A stretch of 64,000 nt of DNA from Candidatus Acidulodesulfobacterium acidiphilum (GCA_008534395.1 SHMQ01000002.1:1557-65556), one strand, 5' to 3'. Shown: positions 28,226 to 36,576, counted from the first letter of the stretch. Notes: generated from the letters alone by a model not told the origin. Numbers and translations are program-made.

Positions 28226-29668
28226 TTAATTGAATGGATAAATAATTTTTAGTAAATTAAGAATATCGTGCGTGTATTTAGCCTTAAAACCGATATATTT
28301 GTTTTTGGAATATAAATAATCCGTTTTGTCTTCAGAATTATCCAGTTCCTCTACCGCTTTTAGAAACATTTCGGTATCTATCGTCATAACGCCGTATTGC
28401 TTGTTTGCTATTTGAAACATTGCATTACTGACATTGACGCTTGACTTGAAAACAAGATGTGCGCCGTTGGAATCATTTTTTATAGTTATAAGAAACGGCG
28501 GCGTTTTATCTTTAATATTTTTGTAAAATTGAAGTTTTGTTTCCCTAATTTTATTTTTGATTAAGTTGTCGAATTTTTCTTTTGTCATACCTGCCGGACG
28601 CTGAGTATTTTCTTTCACCGCTTTATCTAAATTTCCGCCGCCTATATAGATTTTTTCATTGTTAGAAATAAACAAATTTGCCGTTTTATTATAATTTTCG
28701 CTGTGTTCGATTGCCTTGCAATAATCGCAGACATAATCTCCCGCTTCTACGAATCCAAAATCCGTAAAAGTCTTCGGAAATATTTTTTCTTTTTCTTTTG
28801 TATCTCTTTTAATTCCGTCACTCCCGCCGCACATTATACAAATATGTTTTTTTTCAGATGTTTCAGGAACAAACGGCTTTTTTTCGTACGTGAAAGAAAA
28901 CATATCCTTTGTGTTTTTGTACATAAATTCCGTTGAACTCATAAAATCCATTGTGGTAATACTTTTAAATCCTTTATCCCAAGAAACGTCTTTTTCTTCC
29001 GTGTAATACATAGGCGGCATATAACAAGCAACCTTATTTTCTTTTAGCCAATAAGGCGGATAAAATCTATAAAACATAACTCTATGGGTATTTACCGAAA
29101 ATTTAGAACATGGAAGAGGTTTAGAAACAGTAGTTGCATTTAATAAAATACCTTTGTTTTCATCGATTACTTCTACTTCAGGATCATCGTCCGCAAATCC
29201 AAAACCTATTTTTGCTTTTTTTCCAAGATATTTAACTTCTTTTAATAAATCCAATATTTTGTCTTTATGTCCCGTTACATAAAAATAAATTTTCGGCAAA
29301 ACCAATATTGGAAAAATTAAATTATAGGCCTTATACTGACCTTTATCGGTAATAAATTTTTTATCGGTAAAAAACCCATGCTTTTTATATTCTTCGTGTT
29401 TCATAGACTTAAACATCCTGTATTCACTTTTGTAGATAGGGCTATCTTTGTCTGCGTACCATATAGAACCTGATATAATTCCGTTTTTTATTTCGAGAAA
29501 CTTGCCTATCTCGTCCAAAAAATCTTCCGTTTTAATAAAATCCGTAATATTCTTTTCCTCTTTGTATTTTTTAAAAAAGACAGAAAGCAAAATAGAATCT
29601 ATCGTCGTAAATCTATTTTGAAATATTGCAGGACTTTCAAGATTAAAAGTTATTTTTAAATTTTCCAC
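28226..29668 (-). CDS. candidate Cas5(Csf3)-Csf1(Cas8-like) fusion protein
   Basis: 480 aa with a GTG start after an AAGGAGAA SD. N-terminus MENLKITFNLESPAIF...IDSILLS plus YLGKKAKIGFGF loop are RAMP/Cas5-like. Central CIMCGG...CDYC zinc ribbon as in Csf1. Confidence 0.55.
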   Translation of the reverse strand: MENLKITFNLESPAIFQNRFTTIDSILLSVFFKKYKEEKNITDFIKTEDFLDEIGKFLEIKNGIISGSIWYADKDSPIYKSEYRMFKSMKHEEYKKHGFFTDKKFITDKGQYKAYNLIFPILVLPKIYFYVTGHKDKILDLLKEVKYLGKKAKIGFGFADDDPEVEVIDENKGILLNATTVSKPLPCSKFSVNTHRVMFYRFYPPYWLKENKVACYMPPMYYTEEKDVSWDKGFKSITTMDFMSSTEFMYKNTKDMFSFTYEKKPFVPETSEKKHICIMCGGSDGIKRDTKEKEKIFPKTFTDFGFVEAGDYVCDYCKAIEHSENYNKTANLFISNNEKIYIGGGNLDKAVKENTQRPAGMTKEKFDNLIKNKIRETKLQFYKNIKDKTPPFLITIKNDSNGAHLVFKSSVNVSNAMFQIANKQYGVMTIDTEMFLKAVEELDNSEDKTDYLYSKNKYIGFKAKYTHDILNLLKIIYPFN

Positions 29669-29726
29669 TTCTTATTCTCCTTATTTTTATTTATATTGAA
29701 CTAGCGAAAGCCGGAATATCAAAAAT

Positions 29727-29897
29727 CTACGCCGCTTCCTTTTTCTTTCCATAAAATTCAATTCCTTTGTTAGTTAATTCGTGAATTAAGGTCTCAAAAC
29801 TTATTTCAATTCCTGAATTTTTTTTATAAAAGCTTTGAATTTTCTTTAATCTCTTGACGTCTTCTTTGCTTAAATCGATTTTTTCTTTTTTTATCAT
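29727..29897 (-). CDS. small ribbon-helix-helix-like protein upstream of the cas operon
   Basis: 56 aa counted from the ATG at 29897, with a GGGGG SD. Paralogous to the three RHH genes at 44568..45301 (GIEISFETLIHEL versus GITLMARDIILKG). Confidence 0.5.
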   Translation of the reverse strand: MIKKEKIDLSKEDVKRLKKIQSFYKKNSGIEISFETLIHELTNKGIEFYGKKKEAA

Positions 29898-29931
29898 TTT
29901 GCCCCCTAAAATATATAGCGAAGTTATTTTT

Positions 29932-30618
29932 TTATTTTTTAAAAAAACCAAAGAATCTGCAAAATTTTGACATATTGATATTTTCGAGAAATTCTTTGGC
30001 TTCGGTATTGTTATTTAAAAAAAAGTCCTTATTTTTCTTATAGTCCATAACTTTTAACTTATGATTATATTTTTCTAACATCCAGCCGCCGGAATCGTCC
30101 CTTGATGCCGTTTCGGAAACTATGTCTATATCTACGGATAGCCCTTTTTTTCTTATGGTCTTTTTAATATCGTCGAATATGCCTTTTAATTCGTTATTCA
30201 TGCGATAATCGGTTACCGTTACGCCGTGGAGCGTAGTTTCGCCGGTTAAATAGAAAAAAGCCTTGCATATAGCCGTCCGGTGATTGCCGTCTCCGCCTAT
30301 ATAAAGTTCTCCGCCGTCGATACTCTGATAATACATAGATGGGATTTTCTTTTTGGTCTGCCTGTAATAATCGGGATTAGTTTTAAAAAAATTAAGATTA
30401 AGCGCCATTCTTTTGCCTGTTTCCAGAAATTCCAACCATGTTAAACCCGCATAATCCGGATGTTGAGTTCCTTTAACCCTAAATATGTTAACCGAAGCAC
30501 TATCCTGCCAGAATGATTCCTTTACGAAACGCATATCTGGAGCAGTCCACTTGTCTATCTGGCGGTTTAGTATTTCAGGATTAACATCTTTAATTTCTTT
30601 TAATAAATCATTGACCAT
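29932..30618 (-). CDS. ParB/Srx-fold (ParB-like nuclease domain) protein
   Basis: 228 aa. YIGGDGNHRTAICKA resembles the DGxHR core of ParB-like nuclease domains. Confidence 0.45.
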   Translation of the reverse strand: MVNDLLKEIKDVNPEILNRQIDKWTAPDMRFVKESFWQDSASVNIFRVKGTQHPDYAGLTWLEFLETGKRMALNLNFFKTNPDYYRQTKKKIPSMYYQSIDGGELYIGGDGNHRTAICKAFFYLTGETTLHGVTVTDYRMNNELKGIFDDIKKTIRKKGLSVDIDIVSETASRDDSGGWMLEKYNHKLKVMDYKKNKDFFLNNNTEAKEFLENINMSKFCRFFGFFKK

Positions 30619-30633
30619 TTTTTTCTCCTCAAA

Positions 30634-31023
30634 TTAGGTTCTGCTTATTTGCAAAACCGTCTTTTTCTCCCCGCAACCGAGCTTTATTTGCACGGAACAA
30701 GAATTAATATACCTTTCATCATCGTCGATGATTAAAAATCCTTTTAGAGCGTCTATAATAGGTTTAGGAAAATAATTATCGACATCTCTATGTTTTTTAT
30801 CCGCAAAGCAAACCGTGACAAAAATATCTACTTTGCTTCTGCCGAACGGAAAGCATTTTTGCTTAAAGCCTTTCGATAATAGAAACCACTGGACATCGTT
30901 TTTTAGACGCTTAACAATGGAACTCCTAAAATACGGATTCGAATTTGCGTAGAACTCGTTTAGAGATGGCGCCACGAAAGGCAAATCAATGACTATTTGA
31001 TTTTTTTGATTTTCGCTATACAT
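30634..31023 (-). CDS. rusA: RusA-family Holliday junction resolvase
   Basis: 129 aa. HRDVDNYFPKPIIDALKGFLIIDDDERY matches the RusA D.DN..K...D.L...DD signature. Confidence 0.75.
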   Translation of the reverse strand: MYSENQKNQIVIDLPFVAPSLNEFYANSNPYFRSSIVKRLKNDVQWFLLSKGFKQKCFPFGRSKVDIFVTVCFADKKHRDVDNYFPKPIIDALKGFLIIDDDERYINSCSVQIKLGCGEKKTVLQISRT

Positions 31024-31660
31024 TAATTTTTACCCCCACTATTTTATTTTTTGATTTTTTATCGACAAGCGACAGTTTCGGTTTGTACCCGTCGATTATT
31101 TTTATGATATCTTCCTGTTCTACAAACTGCTTTAGTTCGGCAACGTATATTTTTCCCTTGAAATCTTCCCATCTTTCGTTATTGATTTCTATTATTCCTG
31201 AAAAATAATTTGGAGCGTCGTAATTACCGTTAGATTCCGCAAACACCTTATAGCTTTCGATAAAATCCCTTTTTTTCCAGTGGGTTTCCGTTCTGTTACA
31301 CCCACACAATTCTACGTCATAATCTATAAGCGAAATCGCCTTTCTAATAGCCTTATCCTTGAAAGTAAAGCTTTCATATATGCCGCATACGTCTATTACG
31401 TTTAAAACGTAACTCCAAGCTAATTCCGCCATAACATGAATATCAGTCTTGTTTTTAACTTTTTTCAATATATCGGCGATAGTAGGCATATATGATATTT
31501 CCTGCGTGCAGGATTTTAAAGCGTGAAGGACATTATCGATAGGATATTCTTTAAGGGAACTGATATAAATCTCAAGAACGCCTTCGGATAAATTCCTGTT
31601 AAAGAGTTCGGCGCACACCATTAATGCGTTTTTAATCCTTAATTTTTCATCATTATTCAT
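31016..31660 (-). CDS. hypothetical protein of the replication module
   Basis: 214 aa. Translationally coupled (4-bp overlap) to the replisome organiser gene. Confidence 0.5.
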   Translation of the reverse strand: MNNDEKLRIKNALMVCAELFNRNLSEGVLEIYISSLKEYPIDNVLHALKSCTQEISYMPTIADILKKVKNKTDIHVMAELAWSYVLNVIDVCGIYESFTFKDKAIRKAISLIDYDVELCGCNRTETHWKKRDFIESYKVFAESNGNYDAPNYFSGIIEINNERWEDFKGKIYVAELKQFVEQEDIIKIIDGYKPKLSLVDKKSKNKIVGVKINV

Positions 31661-33201
31661 AATAACCCCGCTTTAATCTTTTCTTCGAGCCTTTTTGAAA
31701 TTTCGTTATTTTTTTCGGTTCTTATTTCATCCCAAGTTCTTTTCGAATAATTAATAGACGATTTTAAGGATTTATTATCCTGCGCCCTTGTAAGCCAGTT
31801 ATTTATAAAACGCATATAATCGCTCGCCGGTCGTTTTGAAGGATTGTTTAATAACCAAGACTCCATTTTTTTAATTTCTAAATAAATATCAAGATATGGA
31901 AATTTCGATTTTAAAATATTTAGGTAGTCCTCAGTTAAACCGGTAAAGCTTGCTATTTCAGAATCAAAAGAAATATTGTATTTTGTTGCTTTTTTAGTTT
32001 TAGCATTAGCTTTGGTTTTAGTTTTTTCGTTAAAAAGCCATTTCACGGCAAATCTCATAAAATTGCCTGCATTGTTTTTTTGTATATCCAATACTGTTTC
32101 CGGATTGCTCATAAGCCATAAAGACATTTCTTTAAACTTTAATTCTAAATCAACATCCGGATATGCTGATTGTAAAATTTTTATGAGTGCTTCGGGGATT
32201 TCCATTTTATTATTTTCAGGATTGAAAGATATTATATTTTCCGGTATTACAACGCAACGGCGTTTTTCGTCGTTGCGTAAATCTTCTTCTTCTGTATTTT
32301 CTTTTTCTAAATCTATATCTTTATTCTTATTCTTATTCTTATAGGCGTTACGTAACGTTACAGAGACATTACTTGTAACGTTACAGCAATTATCCTTACT
32401 CTCACTTGCATTTGCATTGTCCCTTGGGACAAAATTTGGGACAGTTTTTGGGGTAATTTTTGTCCCGTCGTGGGACAACATAGGGACAACATAGGGACAA
32501 TCTTGGGACAGATATGGGACAGTTGTGGGACAGATATGGGACAGTTGCGTCTCGCCGGTTTTATTATCAGAATCATATTCGCTATCTTCTTGCTTGTCGA
32601 TATTAGAATTATTTTGGAATATTTCATTATCGTATTGATCAGGCATATTATTATTTTCTTTTAATAAATTTTCAATTTTCTTAATAATTCTCGACACTGT
32701 ATTTTTTGACATATTAAATTTTTTTCCAATATCCCTAAGTGTATATCCCTTTTTATATAATTCATAAATTTCGGATTCTGCATGTTTTGAACTTAACGAT
32801 AAAAGTTTTTGTTTTTCTCTATAATTTTCAACTCTTTGCCTATTAAGTTCTTTCACTCTTTCCATACCGTCAATATTTTGATATTTACTCCAGTTTTTCA
32901 AACAATAAATTTTCTGCTCATCCTTATTTAATAATTCTATTATTTCGTATTGAACAAGCACCGATAAGGCTAATCTTACTGAATTTAGCGGTCTGTCAAA
33001 TATAGTGGACAACATTTCATCTGTATAGGGAATTTTATTTGAAAAAAGCAATTCGCCTGAATTATTGCTTTTTCCGGCGAGAACAAATATTTTAAATAAT
33101 ACAACTAAAATAGTATCTCGCTCCGGCATTCCATCTATTAATTTTATTTTTTCGTCGTCAAAAATATTAGTAGATATTTTTATCCATTTAATCATAGACA
33201 T
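31657..33201 (-). CDS. phage-type replisome organiser / replication initiator with internal HTH
   Basis: 514 aa. N-terminus MIKWIKISTNIFDDEKIKLIDGMPERDTILVVLFKIFVLAGK is typical of the phage replisome organiser N-terminal domain. HTH YTLRDIGKKFNMSKNTVSRIIKKI. Iteron array lies inside the ORF. Confidence 0.65.
   Translation of the reverse strand: MSMIKWIKISTNIFDDEKIKLIDGMPERDTILVVLFKIFVLAGKSNNSGELLFSNKIPYTDEMLSTIFDRPLNSVRLALSVLVQYEIIELLNKDEQKIYCLKNWSKYQNIDGMERVKELNRQRVENYREKQKLLSLSSKHAESEIYELYKKGYTLRDIGKKFNMSKNTVSRIIKKIENLLKENNNMPDQYDNEIFQNNSNIDKQEDSEYDSDNKTGETQLSHICPTTVPYLSQDCPYVVPMLSHDGTKITPKTVPNFVPRDNANASESKDNCCNVTSNVSVTLRNAYKNKNKNKDIDLEKENTEEEDLRNDEKRRCVVIPENIISFNPENNKMEIPEALIKILQSAYPDVDLELKFKEMSLWLMSNPETVLDIQKNNAGNFMRFAVKWLFNEKTKTKANAKTKKATKYNISFDSEIASFTGLTEDYLNILKSKFPYLDIYLEIKKMESWLLNNPSKRPASDYMRFINNWLTRAQDNKSLKSSINYSKRTWDEIRTEKNNEISKRLEEKIKAGLL
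32418..32543. repeat. iteron array (putative replication origin) inside the initiator gene
   Basis: GGGACA at 32426, 32438, 32472, 32483, 32494, 32505, 32516, 32527 and 32538; the last seven are exactly 11 bp apart. Inverted TGTCCC at 32418 and 32461. An AT-rich tract follows at about 32560-32690. Confidence 0.7.
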
Positions 33202-33216
33202 ATTAATACTCCTCGA

Positions 33217-33297
33217 TTTTATCTAAAACCAGCAAGAAGACCCCGTCTTTACAAGGCGAGGATAAATTGCAATCCCTTGCCGTATTTAATTAAAATT
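33217..33297 (-). mobile_element. solo right-end relic of an IscB element
   Basis: About 80 nt nearly identical to 58056..58135, which is the last ~16 codons of iscB copy 2 plus 32 nt downstream, including hairpin CCCGCC-TTGTAAA-GACGGGG. Confidence 0.7.
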
Positions 33298-33298
33298 A

Positions 33299-33715
33299 TT
33301 ATTCAAAAACTTTTTCGGCAAATCCCGCCTTGATATATTCTTCCTGAAAGGTGAACGTTTGTTTCCTGTATCGGTTATCCCATTCCTTAAGACGTTCTAC
33401 TATTTCAATTTCTTGATAATTGTCGTTTCTTTCGTCTATCAAAGCGTCTATAATTTCTTGATTGAATTGAATACCGCAACCAAACAATTTTTCTATCAAT
33501 GCCGTTAAAACGTACGGCGATTTAATTTCTAACCACTTAATGCCATACCAAACAGTCGGATAATCTTCGTCTTTATCCAATTGCATAAAATAAGTTTCAA
33601 GCGGGTCATCATAGCCAATCCAGCCGTATTTTTGCCAATCCAATAAGGTATTGCCGAAAATATCTTTTTCGGCTTTAATTTCTTTTGCAAAATCTGAAAA
33701 TCGATACCTGCTCAT
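33299..33715 (-). CDS. hypothetical protein
   Basis: 138-aa ORF with no recognisable motif. Confidence 0.5.
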   Translation of the reverse strand: MSRYRFSDFAKEIKAEKDIFGNTLLDWQKYGWIGYDDPLETYFMQLDKDEDYPTVWYGIKWLEIKSPYVLTALIEKLFGCGIQFNQEIIDALIDERNDNYQEIEIVERLKEWDNRYRKQTFTFQEEYIKAGFAEKVFE

Positions 33716-33723
33716 AAAAACTC

Positions 33724-34044
33724 CTATTTATATTTATTGATTTGTTCTAATATTTTTTCTTTAGAATATCTTTTTAGCACTGCCTTTGCGTGATTGACGG
33801 CTTCCTGCTTAGTTTGACCGCTTCCTATTAGCATCCCCGTCGTTTCCTCGGCAACCCGCCAACTGTTCCCCAAAATACAGGTTTTTCCGCCAACGGAAAT
33901 AAACGGAAGTCTATATATAAAAAGTTTTACAAAATTATTGCTTCCTAAAATTAGTGATTCTCCTTTGACTTCTACGATAACTTTTTGGAAACCCGCCAAA
34001 ACTATTTTTGCTTTGTATTTTTTGCTATTTTCTATAGTATCCAT
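33724..34044 (-). CDS. hypothetical protein, paralogue of 36195..36560
   Basis: 106 aa. WRVAEETTGMLIGSGQTKQEAVNHAKAVLKRYSKE aligns with WRVVEEKTGLTVGHGKSRSGAIRHAYKTLQNYSKE. Confidence 0.55.
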   Translation of the reverse strand: MDTIENSKKYKAKIVLAGFQKVIVEVKGESLILGSNNFVKLFIYRLPFISVGGKTCILGNSWRVAEETTGMLIGSGQTKQEAVNHAKAVLKRYSKEKILEQINKYK

Positions 34045-34466
34045 CTGATTTTCTCCTTTTTATAAATATTTTGCGTCTCTCTTTTTCTTTTTTCTCTCGA
34101 CCACTCTTGAGGCTTAACTAAACCGTCTTTTTGAGCTCCTACCGCCCTTAAAGACGAGCCGCTTTCTTCCGCAAGCGTGTAAGTGAGAACCTTTTTATAA
34201 CCCATTACTTGCGCAATTTTCTTAACTCTACCGTAAAGCATAGAATTTGCGTTTCTCGTCCCGTCCGTGCAGACCCTTAAAATTTCCAAAGTTAATCCAT
34301 CGTCCGCCATACGCGCTACCGGACGTCCGCAAATTGCGACGCCGATTAGCCTTTCGTCGTCAAACAAGCCTATCGAAAATTTATGACCGGCGACGGGCTT
34401 GTTATGGCGGTGATTAGCCAAAACAAATTCGTTAGCGAGTTTTAGGCTTATAGGTTGAAAATTCAT
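34032..34466 (-). CDS. XF1762-like (GNAT-fold) protein
   Basis: 144 aa. ANHRHNKPVAGHKFSIG...GVAICGRPVARMADDGLTLEILRVCTDGTRNANSMLYG matches my recollection of the XF1762 family signature. Confidence 0.6.
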   Translation of the reverse strand: MNFQPISLKLANEFVLANHRHNKPVAGHKFSIGLFDDERLIGVAICGRPVARMADDGLTLEILRVCTDGTRNANSMLYGRVKKIAQVMGYKKVLTYTLAEESGSSLRAVGAQKDGLVKPQEWSREKRKRETQNIYKKEKIRWIL

Positions 34467-34473
34467 AATTTTT

Positions 34474-35304
34474 TTAAAACAAATTTAACTGTTCTCCTTT
34501 ATTTTTTATTCTTCTTTTAACTGTTTTTTGCTTATTTTTCTTAAAATTACAGTTACTTGCACTTCTTAAAGCGCCGCCGACGCCCGCGGTTAAAGCAAGC
34601 GATTTCTTAAGTGCATCCGTAACGCCAAATCCGCCGTCTTCTAAAATTCTGCAAAACTCGTCCATTATAGGAATTCCGTCAGGGGTAACCATATTTACGA
34701 TATTAGGAACGTTTTCCATAGCCAAAGCTTTAGGCTTCATCTCGGATATAAACCTTGCATATTCAAAAACCAAACTATTTCTGGGATCCAATACGTTGCG
34801 TTTTCCAAGAGTCGAAAATCCTTGACACGGTGGAGAGCCGACCATTAAATCCAACTCGCCGGGTTTAATTCCTAATTCGCTCATAATCCTATCCGACGAC
34901 AATTTCCTTACGTCTCCGACGAATATATATTTAACCCCTTCAAACCACGCGGGGCATACTTTATGACGATTATTGCCGGAAACTTCCATATGAACGATGC
35001 CGTCTTCCGTTTTAGTCATCATTTTTTGAAAATACTTTTCGGCGCGTTCCCTGTCGGATTCTTCGACAAATATCATTTTAAGCGGATACGCCCCTAAATT
35101 TATAGAATATGTATGAACGGCCGCTATGTCCCATTCTGCCGCCGCTATTACGTTAATACCCGCATTGATTAAACCTAAGCTAAATCCGCCAATGCCCGAA
35201 AAGAAATCCATCGCTATCAAACGTTTTTCGGGTAAACAAGTTTTTGGAATAATTAAACCTGACGAATTTCTATAAAAATTATCTTCGTTAAAAAGTAAAT
35301 TCAT
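34474..35304 (-). CDS. DNA cytosine-5 methyltransferase, N-terminal catalytic part only (motifs I-VII)
   Basis: 276 aa. Motif I DFFSGIGGFSLG, motif IV GSPPCQGFS, motif VI MENVPNI. I could not find motif VIII (QxRxR), a TRD, or motifs IX/X. Confidence 0.7.
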   Translation of the reverse strand: MNLLFNEDNFYRNSSGLIIPKTCLPEKRLIAMDFFSGIGGFSLGLINAGINVIAAAEWDIAAVHTYSINLGAYPLKMIFVEESDRERAEKYFQKMMTKTEDGIVHMEVSGNNRHKVCPAWFEGVKYIFVGDVRKLSSDRIMSELGIKPGELDLMVGSPPCQGFSTLGKRNVLDPRNSLVFEYARFISEMKPKALAMENVPNIVNMVTPDGIPIMDEFCRILEDGGFGVTDALKKSLALTAGVGGALRSASNCNFKKNKQKTVKRRIKNKGEQLNLF

Positions 35305-35343
35305 ATTAATTTACGCCTCCGCAAAGAGCGGTATCTGCCCCTG

Positions 35344-36159
35344 CTAGTTTAAATCGTAATTAGCCCAGACGGTTTCCGTCCGTTCAGGACAGTTATTTTT
35401 ATTCCTATACCTCAAGCTATTAGCAAGACAATTAAAATCCTGCCTGTAAAAGCCTGAAAGCCTTTTGTTATAAATATCGTTATCGTAGCCGCTTAAAAGC
35501 CATTTACCTTTAATACTTAAAAGAATATCGATAAGGTCGTTGTGGTCTTTATCCGTCATCTCGAACATATAACCGCCGCTCTTGCGGGAACTTGCCACGT
35601 AAGGCGGGTCGAGATAGAAAAACGTATCGGGGCGGTCCCAGTTAGCGATTAATTTTCTGAAATCCAAATTATCAATATAAACATCCGAAAGTCTTTTGTG
35701 TATTAAATTTAATTTATCAATGCTATTTCTAATGTATTTTGGTATATTCACGTCTATCGAAAACCGCCAACCGGCTCCTTTCTTGGCGTTAGGATGTTCG
35801 CCGTTTATCGTTGATTTAATCAGATAATAAAACCTTACCGCCCGCTCTGCTTTGTTAAGCTTATCCGTCCGCATATCACGATATTCGTAATAGCATTCGC
35901 GGGAATACGGCAATAAACTTATTTTCTCTTGAAATTTCTTAAACAGCTTTCCGTCCGCTATAACCTTAAAAAAATTATAAAGTTCGCCGTCTATATCGTT
36001 ATAAACTTCGATTTCGGACGGCTCTTTATTTATCAGTATCGCGCCGGACCCGCCGAAAACTTCGACGTAAGTTTTATGTTTCGGAAATAAAGGCATTAAC
36101 TTATCCGCCATAAAAAATTTGCCGCCGAAGTAGCCGAATGGAGTTAATTTTGTTTTCAT
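35344..36159 (-). CDS. dam: Dam-family (D12 class) N6-adenine DNA methyltransferase
   Basis: 271 aa. FGYFGGK...VEVFGGSGA and FYLDPPY motifs. Confidence 0.8.
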   Translation of the reverse strand: MKTKLTPFGYFGGKFFMADKLMPLFPKHKTYVEVFGGSGAILINKEPSEIEVYNDIDGELYNFFKVIADGKLFKKFQEKISLLPYSRECYYEYRDMRTDKLNKAERAVRFYYLIKSTINGEHPNAKKGAGWRFSIDVNIPKYIRNSIDKLNLIHKRLSDVYIDNLDFRKLIANWDRPDTFFYLDPPYVASSRKSGGYMFEMTDKDHNDLIDILLSIKGKWLLSGYDNDIYNKRLSGFYRQDFNCLANSLRYRNKNNCPERTETVWANYDLN

Positions 36160-36194
36160 AATTTATTTAAATCTCCATTCGATAACCTGTAAAT

Positions 36195-36560
36195 TTAGAT
36201 ATCTGTCATCGGCTCTGATAAACATTTTCTGTTCTCATTTTTTTTTATAAATTCTTCTAACTGTTCTTTTGAGTAATTCTGTAATGTTTTATAAGCGTGT
36301 CTTATTGCACCGGACCTGCTTTTCCCGTGTCCGACCGTTAGTCCTGTCTTTTCTTCTACAACGCGCCAACCTGTAAATATATTGTTATGAACTTTAATTT
36401 GACCGGCGGAAGAAAAACTTATTTCCGGCATTCTGCAAACAAATAAACTTAAATATTCTCTTTCCGGTAATTTTACAGGTTCGCCTTCGACTTTAATTTT
36501 CGTCAATGGAATGCCAATTCCTATTACGCCTATTCCCATTACTTTAATAAAATATTCCAT
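36195..36560 (-). CDS. hypothetical protein, paralogue of 33724..34044
   Basis: ORF track gives 36195..36608. The ATG at 36560 (MEYFIKV) is the likely start. Confidence 0.5.
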   Translation of the reverse strand: MEYFIKVMGIGVIGIGIPLTKIKVEGEPVKLPEREYLSLFVCRMPEISFSSAGQIKVHNNIFTGWRVVEEKTGLTVGHGKSRSGAIRHAYKTLQNYSKEQLEEFIKKNENRKCLSEPMTDI

Positions 36561-36576
36561 AATGCCCCTTTTTTTT

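Noticed and set aside
31976-32664. ORFs 31976..32344 (+), 32358..32627 (-) and 32470..32664 (+) overlapping the replisome organiser gene
   Set aside because: They are alternative-frame or antisense readings of the iteron and low-complexity region. They have repetitive, implausible sequences and lie inside a well-supported 514-aa gene.
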